From contig DATIII010000008.1 of the NCBI GenBank assembly GCA_035479795.1, positions 30,487 through 94,486 of the forward strand: a DNA stretch of 64,000 nt. Direction: 5' to 3'. The position numbers and the translations under genes are program-made. The notes under the pieces were generated by a model that was given only the letters and a program-made list of their open reading frames with translations, did not search any database and was not told the origin of the DNA. Within the stretch, counting starts at the first letter, position 1; each line of letters opens with the position of its first letter. This DNA comes from Candidatus Saccharimonadales bacterium. Lineage in GTDB: Bacteria; Patescibacteriota; Saccharimonadia; UBA4664; SCTI01. This document shows positions 1 through 9,703 of the stretch, piece by piece.

Positions 1-936
1 GGTGATACTGGCGCCAGCACAGACATTTTTGTTGCCAATACTGACGGCAGCAACCCGATTAATATCACCAATTCAGTAACGCAAGAGGATTCAACTGCCT
101 TCTCGCCAGATGGTAAGAAAATCGTCTCTACTATATACAGTGCGAATTATTCCAGAGGTGACGTGTACAGCATGAACATTGATGGCACGGGACTAACGCA
201 ATTAGCCTCTGGCGGAAGTTTTAGTGAAAGCTACAGTTCCCAGCCCTTTCAACCCCTCCCATACACCCTCACCGCCAACGACGACGGTACCACAACCAGC
301 ACAATTAGCTCCGATAAAGATTACTCTAATACTGACTATACGGTGGCAAATAATGAAACTCTTATCCTAGACGGAAAGCTGGGTAATGTAACAGTACAAA
401 GTGGCGGTACGCTGGAAGGTACTGGGACCGTAACCGGAACTCTAACAGTTAACTCAGGCGGCAACCTCTCCCCGGGCCATTCACCAGGCTGCTTGAGCAG
501 TGGTAACTTAACCCTCAGCGGAACCTACACAGTCCAAATAGCTGGCACTACGGCTTGCACCGACTATGACCAAACCCAAGTAACAGGCACAGTAAATCTA
601 AACAATGCCACCCTTAGCCTTAGCTTGCTCAATGGATTCAGCCCTAAGGCTGGCGATAGCTTCACAATCATAGACAACGATGGTACCGACGCCGTTACCG
701 GCACTTTCAATAACCTCCCCGAGGGGTCCGCTCTAACATTGAGCGGCCACATCTTTAGGGTTTCTTATGTAGGTGGAACCGGCAATGATGTTGTCTTAAC
801 AGCCCTGAATGTACCTGGTGCACCGAATACGGGAGGTGGTGCAGCAGCAAGCAGCCTCCTATTGATCGTTGGATTAATATCAACTGCCCTGGGTACAGCA
901 GCCGCGTCTAGGAGATTTATGCGGCATGGCCTATGA
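1..936 (+). CDS. Cell-surface protein, C-terminal fragment (5' end outside window); PD40/TolB-like repeat, Gly/Thr-rich beta-helical repeats, C-terminal cell-wall sorting signal
   Basis: Frame 1 is open from base 1 into track ORF 163..936, so the gene is 5'-truncated by the window edge. The N-terminal part reads ...TDGSNPINITNSVTQEDSTAFSPDGKKIV (PD40-like). The middle has GGTLEGTGTVTGTLTVNSGGNLSPGHSPG repeats of the autotransporter/beta-helix type. The C-terminus is ...VPGAPNTGGG followed by a hydrophobic stretch and RRFMRHGL, i.e. an LPXTG-type sorting signal with a non-canonical motif. Its stop overlaps the sortase ATG (ATGA). Confidence 0.6.
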   Translation, partial: GDTGASTDIFVANTDGSNPINITNSVTQEDSTAFSPDGKKIVSTIYSANYSRGDVYSMNIDGTGLTQLASGGSFSESYSSQPFQPLPYTLTANDDGTTTSTISSDKDYSNTDYTVANNETLILDGKLGNVTVQSGGTLEGTGTVTGTLTVNSGGNLSPGHSPGCLSSGNLTLSGTYTVQIAGTTACTDYDQTQVTGTVNLNNATLSLSLLNGFSPKAGDSFTIIDNDGTDAVTGTFNNLPEGSALTLSGHIFRVSYVGGTGNDVVLTALNVPGAPNTGGGAAASSLLLIVGLISTALGTAAASRRFMRHGL

Positions 937-1682
937 ATTTAGATGGCATAACGAAAGTATCGGCCCAAAATAGCAATTCCGGTCGTCCGGCACCCCTAAC
1001 AGGTACCCAGGTTCCACAGCCCGAGATTGAAGAAAAGCCAAAGAAAAGCGGCCATAGACTTAGATTCGCTATTAACTTGATAGCATCGTTCACCTTACTG
1101 GCCGGACTCTATGGGGGTTTTACAAGCTGGCATAACGGCACAATTTCGACCCCAAAACCAAGTGATACCAGTCAAAGCGACTCTTCTCTGAGTGAAATTA
1201 AGCCCAGTTTTGATAACTATACAGTAGCTCCCGACCTGCCCCGCTTTATAGACATCAAAAAAATAGGGGTCAAAGCCAGGGTGAAAAGACTGGGCGTGGA
1301 TTCCAAGAACCAACTGCAAGCGCCGAGCAACGTCTATGATACCGGGTGGTACGATGGCAGTGCCAAACCGGGAGAACCAGGGGCCGTGGTGATAGACGGC
1401 CACCGACAGGGCTCGAGCGTGCCGGGGATATTCAATGGCCTGACCAGCCTGGCCACGGGTGACACTATCCAGATTGAGCGCGGTGACAATAAAGTATTTA
1501 CTTACCAAGTCGTAAGTATCAAGCAGTATGCCTACAACAACGTTGATATGGCGGCGGCCCTAACACCAGTCAAGCTGGGACAAAAAGGATTGAACCTTAT
1601 AACCTGCAGTGGCACATTCAAGTCCAAGATTGGTCAATACGACAAGAGGACGGTAGTATTTACCGTCCAGACTGGCACATAA
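933..1682 (+). CDS. Sortase (class A/E-like transpeptidase)
   Basis: Has an N-terminal TM segment. Core motifs are VIDGHR (sortase His), LNLITCSG (TLXTC catalytic Cys) and a downstream Arg (KRTVVFT). By eye it aligns with the S. aureus SrtA core. It is translationally coupled to the upstream substrate gene. Confidence 0.75.
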   Translation: MNLDGITKVSAQNSNSGRPAPLTGTQVPQPEIEEKPKKSGHRLRFAINLIASFTLLAGLYGGFTSWHNGTISTPKPSDTSQSDSSLSEIKPSFDNYTVAPDLPRFIDIKKIGVKARVKRLGVDSKNQLQAPSNVYDTGWYDGSAKPGEPGAVVIDGHRQGSSVPGIFNGLTSLATGDTIQIERGDNKVFTYQVVSIKQYAYNNVDMAAALTPVKLGQKGLNLITCSGTFKSKIGQYDKRTVVFTVQTGT

Positions 1683-1689
1683 TAGTCAC

Positions 1690-2388
1690 TTAGGCGGCGC
1701 CGGCTTTTCCAAGATCGCTAGAGGGCTTAGACAGTTGCACTTTAACTTCAGCGAGCGCCTTTTTGGCTCGGGTATCCTTGGCATCTAGTGCTATTAGCCG
1801 CTCAAAGGCTTTCATGGCATCCTCTGGGCGGCCTGCCGATGCGTAAGCTTCGCCGAGCATCCACAGTACTTTGGTATTATCCTCAAGCTGAACGGCTTGC
1901 TCTAAGGCACTGAGCATCTTAGCTGGGTCGCCGATCTTTTCAAAAGTCTTGGCCAGCCCGACATGGCGCTGCACTGAGGGCTCAAACATAATGGCCTTTT
2001 CGAATGCGGCCACTGCTTTGAGGTAATTTCGGTTTTCATAGTACCCAAGACCAAGGTTGTAGTAGGTGCTTCCTGACGGCGAAAGCTGGGCAGCAATCTG
2101 AAAGCATTCCACGGCGTCTCCCAGATTTTTCATCGCAACATAGAGTGTGCCTAGGCGACTGTAGGTTGCGGCGTGCTTGTGATCAATTTTGAGAATTTGC
2201 AGATATACCTTCTCGGCGCCGGTAAATTTGTTGCTAACCCGGAGTCGATGAGCATAATCTGAAAGTTCCTTTATCTTGGTAATATTCTGCTGGGCAGCAT
2301 TTTTGCGATTAATTCGCAATGTTGGAGCGCCCCCCAAAAGGCGGTAAAGGAAAAAACTGGCCAGAGCCACTACCAGTAGGGCAATCAT
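1690..2388 (-). CDS. TPR-repeat membrane-anchored protein
   Basis: N-terminal TM helix followed by several TPR-like helical repeats (…YYNLGLGYYENRNYLKAVAAFEKA…). Overlaps holB by 4 nt, suggesting an operon. Confidence 0.55.
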   Translation of the reverse strand: MIALLVVALASFFLYRLLGGAPTLRINRKNAAQQNITKIKELSDYAHRLRVSNKFTGAEKVYLQILKIDHKHAATYSRLGTLYVAMKNLGDAVECFQIAAQLSPSGSTYYNLGLGYYENRNYLKAVAAFEKAIMFEPSVQRHVGLAKTFEKIGDPAKMLSALEQAVQLEDNTKVLWMLGEAYASAGRPEDAMKAFERLIALDAKDTRAKKALAEVKVQLSKPSSDLGKAGAA

Positions 2389-3260
2389 GGCAATCTCACC
2401 GCTAAAGCCTCCAGTGCCATCTTGGGTGCAACATTAGCCTTTATGTTTAAGCGAGCGTCAATTATCGACTGTAGCCCCGGCGCCTCACCACTTCTGGTCA
2501 AAACCCGGCTTAACTGGGTGAGCGACTGGAGCAATAGCTCTGTCATTATCGGGTCCTTACCCAGTTTGGCTACAATTTGCAGACGTCCAAACAAAGTTTG
2601 CTGGCTAAACTCTTCGGCCAAGGCCCGGGCTTGTCGGTGCTGCTCCCAGGCGTCCTCATTCATAGCTAAACTCACGGCTAAGCCAGGGAGCCCACGGCTA
2701 AGCTGAACCAGTTCTTGGGCAGCGGCGGCACTCTGATGATACTGATTTACCAAAAACTCCACCAAGGACTTCTCCGTAGGTTTGGCCACGAATATCGGGC
2801 GGCAACGGGAGACGATGGTATCCAAAAGCGCCGATGGGCTAATGGCTGTAATGATGATTAAAGTGTCAGGTGGAGGTTCTTCAATAACCTTCAGCAAAGA
2901 ATTAGCGGCCGGGATGGTGAGGGTATCGGCATCGGCAATAATAATAACACGTCGCCCATCTTGGTACTGAGCATACTGTAAGTCGTGTTGCAGCTCCTGA
3001 GCCGCCTCAATCCCAATTTTACCTTTGGCATCAGGCTCTACCACACTGATATTAGGATGATTACGACCGGCCACTTGGCGACACGAAGCACAAGATTGAT
3101 CACTACAGCCCAAGCAATTTAGCCGACGGGCGACCTCTAAGGCCAGGGTTCGCTTACCGACGCCGAACTCCCCATGCAGTAACACGGCTCCGCTACCCTG
3201 CTCCAGCGTAGACAGGTACCGGGATGTTTGTAGATGCATGACTAGCTTGGGCGCTTCCAT
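2385..3260 (-). CDS. holB: DNA polymerase III delta' subunit
   Basis: Walker-like LLHGEFGVGKRTLA followed by a Cys cluster CLGCSDQSCASCRQ (delta-prime zinc module). The length fits HolB. Confidence 0.75.
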   Translation of the reverse strand: MEAPKLVMHLQTSRYLSTLEQGSGAVLLHGEFGVGKRTLALEVARRLNCLGCSDQSCASCRQVAGRNHPNISVVEPDAKGKIGIEAAQELQHDLQYAQYQDGRRVIIIADADTLTIPAANSLLKVIEEPPPDTLIIITAISPSALLDTIVSRCRPIFVAKPTEKSLVEFLVNQYHQSAAAAQELVQLSRGLPGLAVSLAMNEDAWEQHRQARALAEEFSQQTLFGRLQIVAKLGKDPIMTELLLQSLTQLSRVLTRSGEAPGLQSIIDARLNIKANVAPKMALEALAVRLP

Positions 3261-4142
3261 TTACCTATTATAGCCTTCTAAATCCGCCAAATAGGTTTTT
3301 AGCTCAGTCGGCAGCGGGCTAGAAAATGTCATCTGCCTACCGGAAGGTGAGGTTAGCGTCAGGCTAGCTGCATGAAGAAAAAAGCGACCCAACTTTGGCT
3401 CGGCGCTGCCATAAAGGTTGTCTCCAATTACCGGATGCCCAAGATGCGCAAAATGAACCCTTATCTGATGAGTTCGACCAGTCTCCAACTCAACATCTAG
3501 GAGACTGACGCCGGGCAGCTCTCGCTTAACCCTGTACTTGGTGATAGATGACCTGGCTCCGGGCGTAACGGCTCGCTTGGTTGGTTGCTTGCGGCTGCGC
3601 CCAATCGGCAGGTTGATCGTGGCCTCTCCTTCCCTCAAATGCCCAGAGACCAGCGCAATATAGTGCTTCTCCACTTTCCGATCATGGAACTGTTTTTGTA
3701 GCCATTTCTTAGCTTCAGGGTTTTTGGCAATCACCAGGACACCAGATGTATCGCGATCAAGCCGATGGACAATGCCCGGGCGCTCAAGATCATCATCTTT
3801 TACTTTGGTAGAGGCAAAATCTGCAACTGTGGGCTGAGGCCGGCCCGTCTCGGTCAGGTGCACGACCAAGCCGGCCGGCTTGTCTATAACAAGTAGATCC
3901 TTATCTTCGAAGATTATTGGTAGATTCGGAACTTCAGGTAAATCAGCCTGTTCAATTTTGGCCATTCTAACGCGCTCGCCACCAGTCGCTAGCTGGCTAC
4001 CAGTTACTAGCCGGTCGTCGACAAAGATTTTGTCTTCCTTGATCAGTTTGGTAATCTGGCTCCGGCTTTTCCCAGTCGCCGCGGCCAATGCAACATCAAG
4101 CCGCTCACCGGCGGCTGCGGCAGGAATAACGATGTCGGTCAT
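3261..4142 (-). CDS. rluD: RluA-family 23S rRNA pseudouridine synthase (RluD/RluC-like) with N-terminal S4 domain
   Basis: Catalytic motif HRLDRDTSGVLVIAKN, with an S4-like N-terminus. Confidence 0.8.
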   Translation of the reverse strand: MTDIVIPAAAAGERLDVALAAATGKSRSQITKLIKEDKIFVDDRLVTGSQLATGGERVRMAKIEQADLPEVPNLPIIFEDKDLLVIDKPAGLVVHLTETGRPQPTVADFASTKVKDDDLERPGIVHRLDRDTSGVLVIAKNPEAKKWLQKQFHDRKVEKHYIALVSGHLREGEATINLPIGRSRKQPTKRAVTPGARSSITKYRVKRELPGVSLLDVELETGRTHQIRVHFAHLGHPVIGDNLYGSAEPKLGRFFLHAASLTLTSPSGRQMTFSSPLPTELKTYLADLEGYNR

Positions 4143-5128
4143 TGGACTAGTTCAGAAGCTTTGGTTAAGTCTGGTTTGGCGCCGAGCACAATTAACCGGT
4201 CCCCCGGGTAAATCATTTCGTGGCCGGTCGGACGCACCCGGCTCGTACCGTCTGACCCGTTTATAGCAATCACGGTGGCCCCAATTTCCCCTTCGGCTAA
4301 AGTTTTCCCTAGACGGTGACCGGCCAGCCGAGAATGCTCTCCAACCACCATTTCCTCAACCTGAAGATCCTTATTTGAATCTGAATTTGAGACAATGTCC
4401 ATGTAATCCACTACGCTCGGCCGCAGGGCCATGGAGGCCATGTGATAGCCACCTATCTGATATGGCAACGCCACCCTGTCGGCACCGGCGCGCTTAAGCT
4501 TAATTTCGTTTTCGTGACGATTGGCCCGCGCCACTATATAGAGATCAGGCTTCAGGGCCCGGGCGGTCAAAACTACCAAGAGATTGGCCGGATCGTCCCC
4601 CAGACTCGCCACTAAGCCGGCGGCTTTATCGATACCAGCGTGTTTCAGGGCGTCTTCGTTAGCGCTATCATCAACATAGGCCAGGTAGCCAGCAGCCACG
4701 GCTTCATCAACTTTAGCCTTATCGCGGTCGATGGCCACAAAGGGTACACCTTCAATATCCATCTCGCGGGCCACCTGACTGCCTACGCGGCCTAGCCCGC
4801 ACACAATGTAGTGATTATTAAGCTTATTTATCTTGGTTTGCAAACGTCTTTTCCGTACATTATCACCTACGCCAATCATATATTCCGCAAACCACTTAAG
4901 CAAATACCCAATCATAGCCAAACTACTTAAGATCAGGAAGACGGACAGAGCTCGTGACCTTGGGTCCACAACATCAACGTGACTAAAATGAGTCAGAAGT
5001 AGCAGAGCTGATTGCCATAAGGCGTCGGTAAACGAGATCTGCTCAAACTGCGAAAACCCAACCGCGCCGAGAGTTATGAGGCCAATGGCCACACCTAGTA
5101 TTTTCCACGGGGTACGATTCGTGCTCAC
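4139..5128 (-). CDS. TrkA/RCK-domain ion channel protein (2-TM pore domain + RCK_N + TrkA_C)
   Basis: Two TM helices flank a pore-like loop reading TDALWQSALLLLTHFSHVD, which is not the canonical TVGYGD filter. Rossmann motif IVCGLGRVGSQVA follows, with a C-terminal TrkA_C-like domain. Confidence 0.7.
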   Translation of the reverse strand: MSTNRTPWKILGVAIGLITLGAVGFSQFEQISFTDALWQSALLLLTHFSHVDVVDPRSRALSVFLILSSLAMIGYLLKWFAEYMIGVGDNVRKRRLQTKINKLNNHYIVCGLGRVGSQVAREMDIEGVPFVAIDRDKAKVDEAVAAGYLAYVDDSANEDALKHAGIDKAAGLVASLGDDPANLLVVLTARALKPDLYIVARANRHENEIKLKRAGADRVALPYQIGGYHMASMALRPSVVDYMDIVSNSDSNKDLQVEEMVVGEHSRLAGHRLGKTLAEGEIGATVIAINGSDGTSRVRPTGHEMIYPGDRLIVLGAKPDLTKASELVQ

Positions 5129-5236
5129 CTGGTAATTATATACCGGTTATGCTAGCAGGCTCAACCAAGAAAGTTACTTAAAAGTCGCTGCTGCTCGGCA
5201 ACTGGTACTAACCGCTCCAAATGGCGGTAACAGCAA

Positions 5237-5262
5237 GGCGGGGCCCAAAAGCCCCGCCTTGT
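5237..5262 (-). terminator. Rho-independent terminator downstream of rpsI
   Basis: GGCGGGGC-ccaaaa-GCCCCGCC hairpin (8 bp GC stem); the minus strand reads the hairpin then TTGCTGTT. Confidence 0.55.
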
Positions 5263-5279
5263 TAACGTAAATATTAAAT

Positions 5280-5681
5280 CTAGCGCTTGGAGAATTGTGG
5301 AGCTTTGCGGGCTCGCTTTAAGCCGGGCTTCTTCCGCTCTTTTTCCCGAGGATCACGGGTCAGATAGCCGGCCTTCTTCAAGGTGGTATGTAAATCTTCA
5401 CTCATGACGTTGAGGGCGCGAGAAATGGCTAACCTGGCGGCCTCCGCCTGGCCTCGCTTGCCACCGCCACTGACTTTCAGAGTCACGCGCAGCTTTTTAT
5501 CTTGGCCAGCTAGGGTGATTGGCTGCTGCAAGACTCGAATCAGAGAATCATTATTAAAGTAGGCTTCAGCCATAACCTCCCCCACCATAATTTCGCCGCC
5601 GCCTCGATACAAACGGGCACTGGCAATGGCTTCCTTGCGTCGACCTAGGCCGTAATAATATTGATCTTTAGTTTCAGCCAT
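5280..5681 (-). CDS. rpsI: 30S ribosomal protein S9
   Basis: C-terminal ...RKAPQFSKR and overall S9 fold sequence. Confidence 0.95.
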   Translation of the reverse strand: MAETKDQYYYGLGRRKEAIASARLYRGGGEIMVGEVMAEAYFNNDSLIRVLQQPITLAGQDKKLRVTLKVSGGGKRGQAEAARLAISRALNVMSEDLHTTLKKAGYLTRDPREKERKKPGLKRARKAPQFSKR

Positions 5682-6112
5682 TATTTGGTCTCCATGGGCT
5701 TAGGTGATTGCGGGGCATGAGGATGTTCCAGAGCTGCGTAGACCTTCAGACGCGCCATACGCGGAGCCTGCAGCTTATTCTTGGGTAACATGCCTTTAAC
5801 AGCGTGCTCAATGATTCTGGTGGGGTGTTTGGCAAGTTGATCAGCCATACTAATTTCTTTGATGCCACCTGGATAGCCCGAATGGCGATAGTACATCTTG
5901 TCTTGCAGCTTATTTCCGGTTACCACAACTTTGGCCGCATTTATGACGATGACGTTATCACCGCTGTCGATGTGGGGGGTATACATGGCCTTATGCTTAC
6001 CAATTAAATACTTCGCAATCAGGGTGGCTAGTCGCCCGAGTGACATGACAGATGCGTCCACGATATACCAGTCACGCACTACCTCGGTTGGCTTGGCGGA
6101 ATAGGTTTTCAC
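5681..6112 (-). CDS. rplM: 50S ribosomal protein L13
   Basis: N-terminus [23 protein letters not shown] start overlapping the rplQ TGA stop. Confidence 0.95.
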   Translation of the reverse strand: MKTYSAKPTEVVRDWYIVDASVMSLGRLATLIAKYLIGKHKAMYTPHIDSGDNVIVINAAKVVVTGNKLQDKMYYRHSGYPGGIKEISMADQLAKHPTRIIEHAVKGMLPKNKLQAPRMARLKVYAALEHPHAPQSPKPMETK

Positions 6113-6615
6113 TTCTTGGCCTCCTTTTTGGCGGCAGGCTTCTTAACAGGAGCCTTTTTTGTCGAGGTCTTAACGTTGGTCGGCTTAACCTCAGCCTCTG
6201 GGACTGCTTCGGCTTTAGCTTTCGACTTCTCGGCCGGCTTGGCTGGAGTAGATTTAATCTCTTCGGTCAAAGCCACAATCGCCATGGCGGCGTTGTCGCC
6301 GCGGCGGTTACCGGCCTTCACGATCCGAGTATAGCCGCCATCGCGGTCCTTAAAAGCTGGCGCGATCTCAGTAATCAGCTTCTCCGTAGCCTTATCTGTC
6401 AAAAGGAAGCTGCGGATCTGACGCCGGTTGTGCAGATCACCCTTTTTAGCCTTGGTTACCATTCGCTCAAATTGTGGGGCAATCTCCTTGGCCTTGGCCA
6501 GGGTGGTAGAAATCTGTTCGTTCACCACCAGGGAAGTCACCTGGCCGCGAATCAGCGCCCGGCGAGGACCAGCATCGAGTTGCAGTTTTCTCCCTGCCAC
6601 TCCGTGGCGATGCAT
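6109..6615 (-). CDS. rplQ: 50S ribosomal protein L17 with Lys-rich C-terminal extension
   Basis: L17 core ([11 protein letters not shown]…) plus a ~45-aa KKPAAKK-type tail. Ends with a TGA stop, so TGA is used as a stop codon in this genome. Confidence 0.9.
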   Translation of the reverse strand: MHRHGVAGRKLQLDAGPRRALIRGQVTSLVVNEQISTTLAKAKEIAPQFERMVTKAKKGDLHNRRQIRSFLLTDKATEKLITEIAPAFKDRDGGYTRIVKAGNRRGDNAAMAIVALTEEIKSTPAKPAEKSKAKAEAVPEAEVKPTNVKTSTKKAPVKKPAAKKEAKK

Positions 6616-7559
6616 TAGATAACCTCTTCCTCCTTAGCAAAGCCGAACTCGGCTACCTTGTCTTTAACTTCCTGGTAGGCCTTGGCACCGAAGCCTTTAA
6701 GCTCCTTGAGTTCTTGGTCGCTCAAACGCATCAGATCTTTCATGGTACGGATGTCATTATTCATCAGCGCATTGGTGGTGCGGGGAGAGAAATTTACTTC
6801 TTCGATCAGGATCTTGGCAGCACTAGACTCACCGGCTTCAGGAGTTGGTCCGTCGCTAGAGCCTTGCGCTGGGGCAGCCTGGCCGGCCACGACTGAAAAG
6901 TGGCTGACCAGAATCTCGGCCGCCTGGGTCACCGCGTCTAGCGGGCTGATAGAACCATCAGTTTCAACTTCTACCACCAAGCGGTCCAAATCGGTGCGCT
7001 GACCGACGCGAGTGTTTTCAACATTGTAGCGAACTCGACGGACAGGGCTGTAGAGAGCGTCAACGGCAATCATGCCGACCTCAAGCTTTTCATTCTCCCG
7101 AGCTTCCACGGGGACATAGCCACGCCCCTTTTCGACCTTAATCTCCATACCCACCTGGGCCTTATCGTTATCTAGGGTGGCGATGTGCTGATCAGTATTC
7201 ACTACCTCAACCTCAGAGTTGGTCTTAATATCAGCGGCGGTCACCGGGCCCTTGCCCTTCTTGGTTAGAATCAAGAACTGGGGTTCATCACTGTAAACCT
7301 TAAAGCGTAGCTTTTTAAGATTAAGAATAATCTCGACTACGTCTTCTTTGACGCCGTCAATGCTGGAAAATTCATGAGCCACATTATCAATCTTTACAGC
7401 TGTAACGGCAGCGCCGCCAAGACTGGAGAGGATAACACGGCGCAACGAGTTACCAAGCGTCATGCCGTACCCGGAGTGCAGAGGCTCAACGGCGAAAGTT
7501 GCCTTATTGCCATCCTCCTTTACGGTTTTGAGTGCTGGGAGCTGGATGTCGTATAACAC
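6615..7559 (-). CDS. rpoA: DNA-directed RNA polymerase subunit alpha
   Basis: N-terminal domain and C-terminal domain (…NFSPRTTNALMNNDIRTMKDL…) are typical of RpoA. Confidence 0.95.
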   Translation of the reverse strand: MLYDIQLPALKTVKEDGNKATFAVEPLHSGYGMTLGNSLRRVILSSLGGAAVTAVKIDNVAHEFSSIDGVKEDVVEIILNLKKLRFKVYSDEPQFLILTKKGKGPVTAADIKTNSEVEVVNTDQHIATLDNDKAQVGMEIKVEKGRGYVPVEARENEKLEVGMIAVDALYSPVRRVRYNVENTRVGQRTDLDRLVVEVETDGSISPLDAVTQAAEILVSHFSVVAGQAAPAQGSSDGPTPEAGESSAAKILIEEVNFSPRTTNALMNNDIRTMKDLMRLSDQELKELKGFGAKAYQEVKDKVAEFGFAKEEEVI

Positions 7560-7707
7560 CTTCTAATTCCTTCCTTTTATATAAGCATTAAGCTGTTCGG
7601 TATATTTCATCGTTAAAACTTGCGCCGCGCGCTCGACGTACTCAAGTACGCCTCCCTTACACTGCTCGGTTTTCCTTGAACTATATCCAAACATCTCAAT
7701 CCTTAGG

Positions 7708-8325
7708 CTATCTCGAGTAGAACTCGATAATTAATTGTTCGTGAATTTCTTCATTAATATCGTCTCGCGACGGGGTTCCTGTGACTTTTGCCACCATCTT
7801 CTTCGAATCAAGACTCAGCCAGCTGATGATTGGCTGGTTGCCTGAAAGATTATCTGAAAGTACTTGAAAATAGGAGTTTTTAGCGGATTTATCGCGTACG
7901 GTGATCTCGTCCCCGGGCTTAACTTGAATTGACGGGATATCCACCCGCTTACCGTTGAGCAAAATGTGGCCGTGGGTTACCAGCTGGCGAGCTGACTGGC
8001 GGCTGGGAGCCCAATTTAGACGATAAACGACGTTGTCTAGACGCTGTTCGAGCAACTGCAGCAAGATATCACCAGTCACGCCTTGTCGACGCTCCGCTTC
8101 GGTGACCATGCGACGGAACTGCTTTTCAAGCAGGCCATACAGACGCTTTACCTTCTGTTTTTCGCGTAGCTGGACGGCGTACTGGCTCAGCTTCTGCCGC
8201 ATGCTCGACTGGCCGTGCTCACCTGGACCATAATTTTTTACAGTCAACCCTTTAACCGCCTTTGGGTGCAGCGGAGTCTTTTCGCGCCGAGAACGCTTAA
8301 CAATGGGAGCTAAATCGCGGGCCAT
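7708..8325 (-). CDS. rpsD: 30S ribosomal protein S4
   Basis: MARDLAPIVKRSRREKTPL… and an S4 domain. A small hairpin (CTCCG…CGGAG) sits just upstream of its RBS. Confidence 0.95.
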   Translation of the reverse strand: MARDLAPIVKRSRREKTPLHPKAVKGLTVKNYGPGEHGQSSMRQKLSQYAVQLREKQKVKRLYGLLEKQFRRMVTEAERRQGVTGDILLQLLEQRLDNVVYRLNWAPSRQSARQLVTHGHILLNGKRVDIPSIQVKPGDEITVRDKSAKNSYFQVLSDNLSGNQPIISWLSLDSKKMVAKVTGTPSRDDINEEIHEQLIIEFYSR

Positions 8326-8465
8326 TTACTTCACTCCTCCGGAAAATTGCGGAGTTTTAGGGCAATCCAAGGAAGAATTGAGTACCGCAGGAAGCTGTAG
8401 AGATACTACAGTGCGCAAGGAACACAAATTCTGACGACGAATTGTGCAAAAGTACGCGGTTTTCA

Positions 8466-8864
8466 CTAGACTCTCCTTGGCTTTCTAGGGCGGCAGCCGT
8501 TATGCGGGATCCCGGTCACGTCCTTGATGCTGGCAACCTGGATATCAGCGGTTGAGAGAGCCCGAATAGCTGATTCGCGACCACTGCCAATTCCACGGAC
8601 AAAAACATTAACCTTTTGCATCCCAAATTCCTTGGCGCTGGCAGCAACCTTCTCGGCAGCCACACCGGCGGCATAGGGAGTGGACTTGCGGGAACCCTTG
8701 AAGCCGGCTCCACCTGAGCTACCCCAGGCCACTACATTGCCCTGCTCGTCAGTTACCGAAACAATGGTGTTGTTAAAGGTAGCGTGAACATGAACATTGC
8801 CAATTGCGATACTGCGCTTGACCTTGCGACGTCTCGATCCAGTTTTAGTTGTAGTCTTTGCCAT
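8466..8864 (-). CDS. rpsK: 30S ribosomal protein S11
   Basis: S11 signature sequence. Confidence 0.95.
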   Translation of the reverse strand: MAKTTTKTGSRRRKVKRSIAIGNVHVHATFNNTIVSVTDEQGNVVAWGSSGGAGFKGSRKSTPYAAGVAAEKVAASAKEFGMQKVNVFVRGIGSGRESAIRALSTADIQVASIKDVTGIPHNGCRPRKPRRV

Positions 8865-8874
8865 AAATTATTCC

Positions 8875-9261
8875 TTAAGTCTTGGCCGAAGCCTTCTTAC
8901 GACCCGAACCCATTGTGACCTTCTTGCCCCGCTTGGTGCGAGCGTTGGTCTTAGTGCGCTGACCATGGGCCGGCAAATTATTCTTGTGGCGCAGGCCGCG
9001 GTAAGCGTTGATTTCTTTCAAACGGCCAACAGCCAGCGACGTTAGACGTTGCAGGTCACCTTCGACGGTCAAATTCTTATCAATAAACTCCCGGATTTTA
9101 CCGACTTCAGCTTCAGTTAGATCCTTGACCCGAGTGTCCGGATTAATGCCGGCATCTCCCAGAATCTTCTGGCTAGTGGTTAGCCCGACTCCGTAAATAT
9201 AAGTTAGAGCAACCTCAACTCGCTTGCCATCTGGTACGTTGACTCCAGAAATACGCGCCAT
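8875..9261 (-). CDS. rpsM: 30S ribosomal protein S13
   Basis: [26 protein letters not shown]…. Confidence 0.95.
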   Translation of the reverse strand: MARISGVNVPDGKRVEVALTYIYGVGLTTSQKILGDAGINPDTRVKDLTEAEVGKIREFIDKNLTVEGDLQRLTSLAVGRLKEINAYRGLRHKNNLPAHGQRTKTNARTKRGKKVTMGSGRKKASAKT

Positions 9262-9375
9262 CTACCCTTGCCTCTGCTTATGCTTGGGATTCTCACAGAT
9301 AACATAAACTGTCCCCTCGCGGCGGACAACCTTGCATTTGGCACACATTTTTTTAACGCTGGCTCGCACTTTCAT
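9262..9375 (-). CDS. rpmJ: 50S ribosomal protein L36
   Basis: Not in the ORF track because it is under 60 aa. Hand translation gives [37 protein letters not shown] (37 aa). Its TAG stop abuts the rpsM ATG. Confidence 0.9.
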   Translation of the reverse strand: MKVRASVKKMCAKCKVVRREGTVYVICENPKHKQRQG

Positions 9376-9395
9376 GCTTACGCGTGTTCCCTTCG

Positions 9396-9623
9396 TTATC
9401 TATTTAAATGCCGGTAGGTGATGCGCCCCTTGGTCAGATCATAGGGCGTCATCTCGAGTGTAACTTTGTCACCAGGAAGAATCTTGATGTAATGCATGCG
9501 CATTTTCCCTGATATATGGGCCAAAACAACGTGACCGTTCTCGAGCTCTACCTTAAACATTGCGTTCGGCAGAGTCTCCAGGACGGTACCAGTGAGTTCA
9601 ATTACTTCCTTTGTATCTGACAT
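9396..9623 (-). CDS. infA: Translation initiation factor IF-1
   Basis: 75 aa with an S1-like fold, …[16 protein letters not shown]…. Confidence 0.95.
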   Translation of the reverse strand: MSDTKEVIELTGTVLETLPNAMFKVELENGHVVLAHISGKMRMHYIKILPGDKVTLEMTPYDLTKGRITYRHLNR

Positions 9624-9703
9624 AAGCTAGCTACAATTCGTCATTCTACAGAAAATTAACAGATGTGTAAAGGAGATTTTTGGAGGGTTATAGCTTTAGC
9701 TGC

